This document shows, piece after piece, positions 29,566 through 37,660 of a stretch of 48,149 nucleotides of DNA. The position numbers and the translations under genes are program-made. The DNA lies in the NCBI GenBank assembly GCA_038247415.1, contig JBBRUX010000030.1, positions 1 through 48,149 on the forward strand. The letters run 5' to 3'. This DNA comes from Chitinivibrionales bacterium. Lineage in GTDB: Bacteria; Fibrobacterota; Chitinivibrionia; Chitinivibrionales; WJKA01. The stretch's first letter is position 1, and every line of letters starts with the position of its first letter. The notes under the pieces are model-generated. The model worked only from the letters and a program-made list of their open reading frames with translations. It was not told where the DNA came from and did not search any database.

Positions 29566-30948
29566 TTAGAGCATTTTAGATTCTTCTGCACGAGCCTCAT
29601 TACGCTTGATCAAATACTGGTTTCGAACGCGAATGCTCCCTGTTGCCATTTTCCACAAGAGCTGTGGCGAGAACCTCAGCATGTAGTGAATGAGAACTAA
29701 CGGCCTGAATAGAACTCGGTCATAGAGTTGAATGATTTCCTGATAAAAGGCTGAAATTGACATGTGCGTTGGTCGTACGGTAACATGCGCCAAATCCCAA
29801 AACGGATATGCAGTTGGGGAAATAACCAGGTCATCGGACGAAATGGTAGAAGCTGTGCCAGGTAATGGAGTGAATGGCTGAACATTGACATAGGTTATAC
29901 CCAGCTGGATTAATGTTTTTGCACATTCCAAAAAGCGATGTTTGTCCCAATTCGGCGAAGCAATAATTGTTGCATAAATATCTATGTTAAGAGATTGCAG
30001 CACTTTAATTGCAGTTCGGTTTGTTTGGCTCGTGCTCCCTTTGTTGTAATCTGCAAGTTCATCATCAAAAAATGATTCGAAACCGACAATGATTGTTTTT
30101 AACCCGGCAGCTCGAAATCTCCCCATCAATTCGGGATTGGCCGCAACAAAATCGGCTCGGCCATACACAAGATAGTGTTTACGAATGCCTAAACGCTCAA
30201 CTTCGCTACAAAAAGCTTCGAGTCGCGATTTTGACGCAAGAAAATCATCGTCAACAATATAGATCTCCTTTTCGTCAATTGTAGCCAATTCATCGAAGAC
30301 TTCCTGCAAAGGGCGTTGGGCATAGGCAGAATCGGTAATAGCCCTGCAAAAACAGAACCGGCACGAGTGCGGGCACCCAAAGGATGTTTTCAGCAAAGCG
30401 ACATGTGAATGAAAAATGTAAAAATAGGAGGATCGATATGTGTGCGTTAGCGTACGATTTGGCAGCGGGAAAAAGAAATCTAAGGGCGGTAAATCCTCCT
30501 TAATGCACTGTTCTGTCTTACGCAGAATCCCAAGCGGAAGTTTTTCCGACGACCCTAAGTGCTCTAATAGTAGGGGAAATACCCTGGTAGCATTGCGGAC
30601 AATGCGATAATCGATGCTGGGATGATCGAAGTGCTCGGGACAAACTTCGCAATGAACACCACCCACTATGGTATGAATCGCTGGATTGTATCGTTTGACA
30701 ACTTCGCAATAGTCAATAATCACGGGAATATGGGTGATATAACCGGTTAAGCATACGATACCGGGATTATGCAGTTTCAAAAAATGGAGCAAAGATTTTC
30801 TTTCGAGAATCATATCAACTATAATAGGCATATTGGGAGACCTAATGAGTGTTGCTAAAACCTCAAGCTCCAGTGGCTCCACGATCATGACATGCTGCAA
30901 TCCGATCGTCTCTGGCGATGGACGGGGACGGACGAGGAGGATGTTCAC
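29566..30948 (-). CDS. Cobalamin-dependent radical SAM protein (HpnR-like)
   Basis: EPLELE, IVGGVH, SFGCPHSCRFC, IVDDDF, VGFES, TPLPGT, WDLAHV. Confidence 0.92.
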   Translation of the reverse strand: MNILLVRPRPSPETIGLQHVMIVEPLELEVLATLIRSPNMPIIVDMILERKSLLHFLKLHNPGIVCLTGYITHIPVIIDYCEVVKRYNPAIHTIVGGVHCEVCPEHFDHPSIDYRIVRNATRVFPLLLEHLGSSEKLPLGILRKTEQCIKEDLPPLDFFFPLPNRTLTHTYRSSYFYIFHSHVALLKTSFGCPHSCRFCFCRAITDSAYAQRPLQEVFDELATIDEKEIYIVDDDFLASKSRLEAFCSEVERLGIRKHYLVYGRADFVAANPELMGRFRAAGLKTIIVGFESFFDDELADYNKGSTSQTNRTAIKVLQSLNIDIYATIIASPNWDKHRFLECAKTLIQLGITYVNVQPFTPLPGTASTISSDDLVISPTAYPFWDLAHVTVRPTHMSISAFYQEIIQLYDRVLFRPLVLIHYMLRFSPQLLWKMATGSIRVRNQYLIKRNEARAEESKML

Positions 30949-31955
30949 TTATTCTCCACTTGAAAAACGCGTGTGCTCGGTGCGTAATCATTGTAAGAGA
31001 GCAATCCTCGTGCCGCACGTAAAGCGATACGGATGAGGGGTATCGAATGCCAGGCAAGCATTTGCTTCTCGCAGAGCTCTCCGCCCATGCGCATTTTAGG
31101 TACTACGGCGCTTTGCCCTAGCTCGATTATTTGCGCATGTGCCGTTATACCCTGTTTGACAAGGGTCAGCAATTTGACATGATAAAGATCTGATGAATCA
31201 GCGTCATACACTTGCCCGCCAAGGAAGAATGCAAATATTCCAGTTCTGCTATCCTGGGTGATTACCCAGCCTTTTATTATTGTGTTGTGTGTAAATGTTG
31301 TTAGTTGGAATGAAAATGGGAGATTCACAAAAAACTCCAAGGACAAATGCTCAAGTTTGCCTTTGCTGCGCTTTAAGACATTTTCGTAGAGAGTGTAGTG
31401 AATATCGCTGAAGGTATTGCATCCGGTTGTTTGAGTTGCGTATCGCTGTGCGAATTTCTCTATGCTATGTATCCGGCGACGATAGGATGATCGGATGCTC
31501 CTGATGTAGTGTTCCCAAGAGTTAAATTGATTTTTAAGAATTACCGTAGGCCAGGTCCGTCCCAAAATGAAAGGTTCAAATCCGGAATTCTGGTCAAGAT
31601 TCAGTGTCAAGATGAAACCTTTTTCATGAGTGCGAATTGCATTGAGTACATCCGGATACAGCGCATGATCGCCGATTATTCCCGGTGCCGAAACAGAGCA
31701 GGGAATGCCGACAATGTGCATCTGCATGGGGCTTTTAATCCCCAGATAGGTGAGAATATCGATTTTGAGGGTATAAACAATTACGCCAACAAAGTTTTGA
31801 GTTGCATCATTGATACTATAATAGCGCTGGTTGCAAGGGTTATATGATTCGCAATGATGCAGGAATGCTCTGCATTGAAAAAAACTGTGCGTATGCGAAT
31901 CCCACATTTCAGGAAGCTCACGTGCAGCGGTGTATCGTTGTAAATTGGGCATCAC
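30945..31955 (-). CDS. FemAB-like / GNAT-fold acyl- or aminoacyl-transferase
   Basis: WEHYIRSIRSSYRRRI, LYENVLKRS, LSLEFF, IELGQSAVVPKMRMG match the FemAB-like/Acetyltransf_6 pattern. Confidence 0.7.
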   Translation of the reverse strand: MMPNLQRYTAARELPEMWDSHTHSFFQCRAFLHHCESYNPCNQRYYSINDATQNFVGVIVYTLKIDILTYLGIKSPMQMHIVGIPCSVSAPGIIGDHALYPDVLNAIRTHEKGFILTLNLDQNSGFEPFILGRTWPTVILKNQFNSWEHYIRSIRSSYRRRIHSIEKFAQRYATQTTGCNTFSDIHYTLYENVLKRSKGKLEHLSLEFFVNLPFSFQLTTFTHNTIIKGWVITQDSRTGIFAFFLGGQVYDADSSDLYHVKLLTLVKQGITAHAQIIELGQSAVVPKMRMGGELCEKQMLAWHSIPLIRIALRAARGLLSYNDYAPSTRVFQVENK

Positions 31956-33049
31956 AATTGACTTTCAAAAATGCCGTATTTCCTATACGGCGCAAGTGAC
32001 GTGCCAATCGCCCGTTCAAGCAACCGTTTTGTCATAACCACGCTATTATGGTTTTCCTCAAAAATGAATCCCCCTTCACAGGTTGTGTATCCTTCTTGCT
32101 TAAGAATAGGAATGAGTTTTTGAATCATGAGGATGACTGCAGGGCTTTTACGGTATTCGGGAAGCACGGCCACTTCGGTTAACCGGAATGTTTTGAGTGG
32201 ATTGAAAAAACGATATCTTAATACGTCAATAATGCCAATGTCTTGGCCAGGCCCCACTAAACCGTTGAAATCGGGATACCAGAGTAAAAAGCCAACAGGT
32301 TTGCCATCTTTTTCGACAAAAATGAGATTCTCATTTTTTAAAAGAAATCGAAAAGGATGAAAGAGTTCGAAATTTTCTTTAGGTTTTCGGTTCGACCAAT
32401 ACCAATAACGCGTATTGGTAAACGAGCTGTTGTCGATCGAGGTGTAGAGATCTATCTCCTGGCGCAATTTATTCTTGTCCATACATCGAATGGTAAAGCC
32501 CTGAGTATCAATTTTCGATAATGTTTTTTCAATATTCCATTGATAAAAAGGAGTAAGCGAAAATCGAAATGAAATAGTTGTGTTGCAAGAAAAACCGGAA
32601 AAATACTGCTGATAATAAGGCAGATTATAGGGAAGGCCAAAAACCGGCGGCTGGTCAAACCTATCGAGAAGAATTCCGGCGCCATAATTCAGGTGCCCGT
32701 TCAGACCTGCGACTAGCTTTTTAATATGAGGTTTCCATTCCCGGGCATACTCGATAAGAGCCGCGGGCAATTCTGGAATGTGGGGGAGAGCTTCAAAAAA
32801 CCCGATCTGTACATATTCGGGAAGGTTGTCATCGTATATAAAAGCGCATCGTCCTACAATCCGGTTATCGTGCAAAAAAAGAGATGGTTGCACCTGGGCG
32901 TGTGTATGGAATGTGCAGGGCCCTGAAACCAGCATTTTAACAATGGATTCTTCGGTTGATCGATGACAAGGAGTATCTTTATAAATCAGACAGGTAATCT
33001 GATAAAATGCACGAAGTTCAACATCATTTTCTACTTTACGGATAATCAT
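31952..33049 (-). CDS. YghO/bacterial ceramide synthase-like GNAT N-acyltransferase
   Basis: Start ATG 33049 overlaps the upstream TGA; VGRCAF, IGFFEA, GILLDRFDQPP..LPYNLPYY, PDFN, VLPEYRK, IFEEN, YRKYGIFE. Confidence 0.75.
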   Translation of the reverse strand: MIIRKVENDVELRAFYQITCLIYKDTPCHRSTEESIVKMLVSGPCTFHTHAQVQPSLFLHDNRIVGRCAFIYDDNLPEYVQIGFFEALPHIPELPAALIEYAREWKPHIKKLVAGLNGHLNYGAGILLDRFDQPPVFGLPYNLPYYQQYFSGFSCNTTISFRFSLTPFYQWNIEKTLSKIDTQGFTIRCMDKNKLRQEIDLYTSIDNSSFTNTRYWYWSNRKPKENFELFHPFRFLLKNENLIFVEKDGKPVGFLLWYPDFNGLVGPGQDIGIIDVLRYRFFNPLKTFRLTEVAVLPEYRKSPAVILMIQKLIPILKQEGYTTCEGGFIFEENHNSVVMTKRLLERAIGTSLAPYRKYGIFESQL

Positions 33050-34302
33050 AGAAATAGTTCTTTGGCAGGCGCAAAACCAAGAAAATGAGTATATGCTGAG
33101 GCGCAATATGCGCCTGCTTCGCCAAACACGATGATATCCCCTGGATGTGCGCACGGGAGAAGTATATCCCGAGCCAGAAAATCGCGTGAATAGGTAGAAC
33201 ACCCATATACAGAAGTCCGACAGAGCGGCCCTGGCAGGGAGCCAGCTTTCGGTATGAGCAGTGCCGGATGAAAGGCAGAGTCCGGATAAAAGAGCGGACG
33301 GGGAAATTGGACAGAAGAAGCATTAACACCACAGAATTGTCCGGTCTCGCCCTGCTTGATGTCTATAACTTGACAAGCAAAGTAGCCTGCCAGAGCGCCA
33401 ATACAACGTCCGGGTTCGAGTATTACCTGTAATGTACGACCTAATTTTGCATTGACAGAAGACATGAAATCGCAGACCATGGTGCCATAGGCTTCAAAAT
33501 CAAATCGATTTCCTAACTCATTAGTTAACCCAAAGCCTCCGCCTAAATCCAGATAGTCGAGGTTAGGGAAAAGATGTGCAAAAGAAGCCAGTGCTTCATA
33601 GCAGGTTTTGAAATAATCTATGGAGCAAATATCGGTTCCAACATACAAATGCAAACCATTGACGTATAGGTTGCCAGACAATGCCTTTATTTCGTCAGGG
33701 AAGAGCCCCAGCCGACTCTCCTTGCCGATAAAATACCCGCCACGGGTCTTCTTTGCATCAACCAGAGAACCAATATTACACCGAATGCCGAATTCAGAAC
33801 AGGGATACAGCGATTGCCACTGTTTGATTTGCATACAAGAATCAAGATTGACCATTGCACCGCTTGCATGCACGGCATGCATTGTTGAGGCACTCATTGC
33901 CGATGCGGTATACATTATGCGCTTTCCGGTAAAACCAAGGGTCTGCACTTTTTTAAGATGCTCGATAGAGTTGACAAAAACATTAGCTCCTTGATCGCGG
34001 ATACAGTTCAGAAAATCTGCGTGGCTATTAGCCATTGTCGCAAAATGGATTGAAAGCGGTTCATACGGCAGGTTAAATGCACTACATGCAGATTGAATCT
34101 GAGATATATCATACACATAGATTGGTTCAGGATCTTTTTGCAGGGTCGTTTCTATGAATTTTTTGATATGCAATGGAATGGAGATTGGTGGAGTGTTGGG
34201 CAGATCATTCTTGGTATCAAATACCTTGTTGTCACTTGTTTGCAGAGAATTCACGGCCATGCTTATTACCTTTGGTTGCTCACGTTTGTTTGTAGGTCGC
34301 AT
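33046..34302 (-). CDS. Diaminopimelate/ornithine decarboxylase-fold (fold type III) protein lacking the PLP-binding lysine
   Basis: PIYVYD, VNLDS, GIRCN, DLGGGFG, LEPGR, GAYC are LysA-family motifs; the YAVKAN motif reads FATMAN; alternative start ATG 34260. Confidence 0.85.
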   Translation of the reverse strand: MRPTNKREQPKVISMAVNSLQTSDNKVFDTKNDLPNTPPISIPLHIKKFIETTLQKDPEPIYVYDISQIQSACSAFNLPYEPLSIHFATMANSHADFLNCIRDQGANVFVNSIEHLKKVQTLGFTGKRIMYTASAMSASTMHAVHASGAMVNLDSCMQIKQWQSLYPCSEFGIRCNIGSLVDAKKTRGGYFIGKESRLGLFPDEIKALSGNLYVNGLHLYVGTDICSIDYFKTCYEALASFAHLFPNLDYLDLGGGFGLTNELGNRFDFEAYGTMVCDFMSSVNAKLGRTLQVILEPGRCIGALAGYFACQVIDIKQGETGQFCGVNASSVQFPRPLFYPDSAFHPALLIPKAGSLPGPLCRTSVYGCSTYSRDFLARDILLPCAHPGDIIVFGEAGAYCASAYTHFLGFAPAKELFL

Positions 34303-34560
34303 ATTTTTAAAAGATCCGTATCACTTTTACAAGTGCAATTGTTAGCATTGTGTAAGTATCAAGTTCTCTCGTTAAAATAGATCCTTCTTAGCCCGTATGG
34401 CAAACTCAATCTTCAGGCGTTAGGGTGCAAAATTTGGGTAGAGGAACAAGTTGTGACGAGGGATGTAATAATGCATATGAGGGGCGTTCTGGACCCGAAA
34501 AATTCAGAATTCCTTTTGAGCGTGAAAAACTATAAATCCAGACGATTCAGTCGAAAAGGT

Positions 34561-34595
34561 TTGTCTTCATTTGAAAAACGTTATACAATACTTAC
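34561..34595 (+). promoter_or_regulatory. Putative sigma70-type promoter giving a leaderless transcript of the acyltransferase
   Basis: TTGTCT(34561)-17 nt-TACAAT(34584)-6 nt-ATG(34596), with no Shine-Dalgarno sequence. Confidence 0.55.
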
Positions 34596-35726
34596 ATGAA
34601 AAGAATTGAAAGTATTCAGGCCTTGCGCGGCATAGCAGCGGTAATGGTTATTCTCTGCCATTGCAGATGGCACTTTTGTTTTGGCGGTTTGAACGTGGGG
34701 GAGATGATCTTTTCGCATGGTGCGATGGGGGTTGATCTTTTTTTTATTATCAGTGGTTTTATCATGACAATTACCACTGCGAAAACGCGTGGTATTTCCT
34801 CGACGCCTGCGGATTTTTTCATAAAGAGGATTGCGCGTATTCTACCGCTCTATTGGGCGGCAACAAGCATGTATGTGTTTTTTGATCGCGGCCCCTCCTG
34901 GTTTGTTCAAGGGGAAAATATAGGAGTGCTCATAAAATCTTTTTTATGGGTACCGGCGAATTTGCATGGGGCTCCTCCAGAATTTGGTCATCCTCCTATG
35001 GGTGTTGGATGGACATTAAATTATGAAATGCTTTTTTATCTCATTTTTGGCATTTCCCTTTTTTTTAAAGAGAAAAGGTGGATTTTTACTTTCGGCACTT
35101 TTGCCATTCTACTGGTTGCTATTCCTCTATTTTATGGTCATTTTACGTTCGATACAAGAGCCCCGCTATGGCAGAATCCCTCGTATCTTTCCTTTGTAAC
35201 AAATCCAATATTATGGGAATTCATTATCGGAGTGGGTATTGGCTTGCTGTACGTCTCAAAAATCAATGTGCCTAACCGATGGATTGCGAAAGGAATTTTA
35301 GGTATCGCAATCTGCCTTTTCGTTGGTCAGTATGTGTCTGGCATTAAGGCGGGTTTTGGAATTCTTGGGTGGGGATTGTCAAGTTCTTTGCTGATGCTAA
35401 GCTTGACATTGTATGTTAAGACTAACCCATTACCTGTTCCCCGGTTTGCCGTTTTTCTGGGAACCATTTCCTATTCGCTCTATCTCACTCACCTTATTGT
35501 GCAAGTGTTTCTTTTAAGAATACTCGAAAAACTCCAATGGTCTTCTGTATGGTATCAACCATGGTATGGGTTTGTCTACCTGGGGTTAGTTTTACTCTGC
35601 GCATATGGGAGTTATGTCATTTTTGAAATGATATGCACTAATTGGTTGAAACGGGTGATGTATGATTTTTTTAAATTTAAAAAATTGAGTGACAAACATC
35701 ATAGATGCAGGACCGAGCCCCGCTAG
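34596..35726 (+). CDS. Acyltransferase family 3 (OafA/YrhL-like) membrane O-acyltransferase
   Basis: IQALRGIAAVMV, GVDLFFIISGFIM, FFIKRIARILPLYW, WTLNYE, LGTISYSLYLTH. Confidence 0.93.
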   Translation: MKRIESIQALRGIAAVMVILCHCRWHFCFGGLNVGEMIFSHGAMGVDLFFIISGFIMTITTAKTRGISSTPADFFIKRIARILPLYWAATSMYVFFDRGPSWFVQGENIGVLIKSFLWVPANLHGAPPEFGHPPMGVGWTLNYEMLFYLIFGISLFFKEKRWIFTFGTFAILLVAIPLFYGHFTFDTRAPLWQNPSYLSFVTNPILWEFIIGVGIGLLYVSKINVPNRWIAKGILGIAICLFVGQYVSGIKAGFGILGWGLSSSLLMLSLTLYVKTNPLPVPRFAVFLGTISYSLYLTHLIVQVFLLRILEKLQWSSVWYQPWYGFVYLGLVLLCAYGSYVIFEMICTNWLKRVMYDFFKFKKLSDKHHRCRTEPR

Positions 35727-35792
35727 AACGCCTACCAGAAAATTCGTTTCTCCAGTACCACTTCAATAACTAACACAACTGCCATCTTTGCT

Positions 35793-37397
35793 TTACAAAT
35801 TAATCTGCGCATTCACATGTATTGCTACATCCTTTCCAAACAGAGGAAAAAGGGCTCCGCTGCACTGAACCTGCATTGAAGACTCTTCGGATAGTTTCAG
35901 TTTCTGAGAAATGCCGAAATTGCCTGTGGTAGGTGTCTGGGTGCCTCCAGAAATAAGAATGCGCGGGGTAATTGACAATGCTGCAAGAGGCGACATTTCC
36001 AGAACTATCGAAAGATCTTCTTGTAGTGGATGTAGTGTGGCTTGTGAGATTTGGGCTTGAGAACCCCAGGAAATCTTTGGCGAAAAATCGTTGTGATATA
36101 CTAATGTTGCGCTTGAGGTGAAGGTTTGTAGGGGCAACAAAGCATTCCCGCGTATCCTGCACGATACAGTCCGGGAAGCACATGAAAACGATGTTCCGAT
36201 TGTTGATCCGATAGATTGTACGGTATCGCCTGCAATGCATTCTGCTTGCCAATCGGTTGCCAATGCTTGAAGCCACGAAGCTTTGATCATAGATGAGATG
36301 CAATAGAGTGGATAGGGTATCAAACTTTTAGTTAAGTCAAGTGCATTCGTACTATGCTTATAGCTTTGGGAGAGGCCTGTGTCAAAATATGCCGGAAAAC
36401 GCTGCACGTCAAGAGAATAGAAGAGCTTTTGATGGCGCACGGATATTCCTGCAAATATGGGAAGGGATGCTTGGTTTTTAAGCGTGGTACCTATTTGAAT
36501 ATAGGGAATAACCGAGTGGAAGATACTTGACAGGCGTAGGGTTGTTAACCCACGATTCTGGTCGGATGGCGCAGGATCATTGCGATGCACATAGACTACA
36601 TTTGCTTCTAGAGCACAGAGGGGAAAAAGACTTGTGAGATTTAAAAGCGCAGCAGATTCATCGAAGCCATAATGAACCAAACTTGTGGATTGGAGAATTG
36701 TTCCCCGATATGATGCCTTAACTCCATTGTAAAGCGAGTTGTCACCGTAGAGCCAATTGTTGGTAAGTGTTTTGTCGCTGCCAACAAGAGAGTGGTGTGT
36801 ACCTAAAAACATGCCATGATCGGGATCTGCCGAAAAGTTTCCAACGCATACAGCAAGTTCTTTTGAGGGTGTAATAATAATCGAGCGACGCGAAAATCGT
36901 GCAATGGTTTCTGATAGAGAGATCACGCTTGACAATCTCAAAAGTGAAGGTGTTCGCACATCAAAACTTACTTTTGTTTCGATGGTGTCTACATTTGAGT
37001 GTTTTGTCAATGAAAGCCTCGTTGCCAAAGCTCCAGTATTATGGGGTGTGAACGTGGTAAGTGGCAAAAAAGATATAAGCGATGGAAAATCTTTGAGAAA
37101 ACGTTTTTGAGCGCTTGTATTCCAAGGGACATACGCGGCTAAGGTGTCGATCGTGGGGAGCTCACAAGCATTCAGAAAGGTGAACACTTGCCTTAATTCG
37201 TCACATTCTCCATCGGGAATAGAAAGCGGTTTTGTGTACCATACTTTAAGCGCAGAGTACGTTGAATAGCTGAGCGCACCTCGGCTAAGTTCTTGATATG
37301 CCTCATGTTCTGATGCTGGAATGATAGTGTTGCGAATGGGCTGCGCAAACAGATTTGTTGCTAGGGCTAAAAGTATTATTATGCTTCCGCAAAACAT
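35793..37397 (-). CDS. Hypothetical outer-membrane protein resembling FCB helix-hairpin-helix/beta-barrel proteins
   Basis: Likely start ATG 37397 with signal peptide ending NLFA; degenerate HhH-like KPLSIPDGECDEL; VGNFSADPDHGMFLG; beta-rich C-terminus HVNAQINL. Confidence 0.5.
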   Translation of the reverse strand: MFCGSIIILLALATNLFAQPIRNTIIPASEHEAYQELSRGALSYSTYSALKVWYTKPLSIPDGECDELRQVFTFLNACELPTIDTLAAYVPWNTSAQKRFLKDFPSLISFLPLTTFTPHNTGALATRLSLTKHSNVDTIETKVSFDVRTPSLLRLSSVISLSETIARFSRRSIIITPSKELAVCVGNFSADPDHGMFLGTHHSLVGSDKTLTNNWLYGDNSLYNGVKASYRGTILQSTSLVHYGFDESAALLNLTSLFPLCALEANVVYVHRNDPAPSDQNRGLTTLRLSSIFHSVIPYIQIGTTLKNQASLPIFAGISVRHQKLFYSLDVQRFPAYFDTGLSQSYKHSTNALDLTKSLIPYPLYCISSMIKASWLQALATDWQAECIAGDTVQSIGSTIGTSFSCASRTVSCRIRGNALLPLQTFTSSATLVYHNDFSPKISWGSQAQISQATLHPLQEDLSIVLEMSPLAALSITPRILISGGTQTPTTGNFGISQKLKLSEESSMQVQCSGALFPLFGKDVAIHVNAQINL

Positions 37398-37660
37398 TTT
37401 ATGGTAATTCAAACTTTTATTCCTTATATTGTCACAAGATGTCATGATGGGAATACTGTATAAAGAGAGTTTATAACCTCGCGACAATCTAAGCGCTTAA
37501 CTAGATACTTTATTATTCTATTAAGTGCACATACGGGCAACTTTGCTGTGCAGTTCTTGCAGGAGTTGGGAAACCGGCAGACGAACATGCAGCACCATGA
37601 TTTTCGGTTACTACACCAGGAAATTACGTTCTTCGGAACCAAGGAAAGCAGGTATACTGT

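Noticed and set aside
15933..34302. tRNA-His as the integration site of a genomic island
   Set aside because: No integrase and no repeat of the tRNA 3' end seen; the downstream genes include housekeeping functions such as rsmA and an RlmL-like enzyme
33046..34302. Calling this gene lysA, or a pseudogene
   Set aside because: The catalytic Lys is missing, so lysA is unsupported; the ORF is full length, coupled to the next gene and keeps cofactor-binding motifs, so decay is not evident
34303..34595. Possible cobalamin or SAM riboswitch upstream of the B12 radical SAM cluster
   Set aside because: I could not find the B12-box, GGGAA/GCCACTG or SAM-I core motifs on the minus strand; an Rfam scan would settle it
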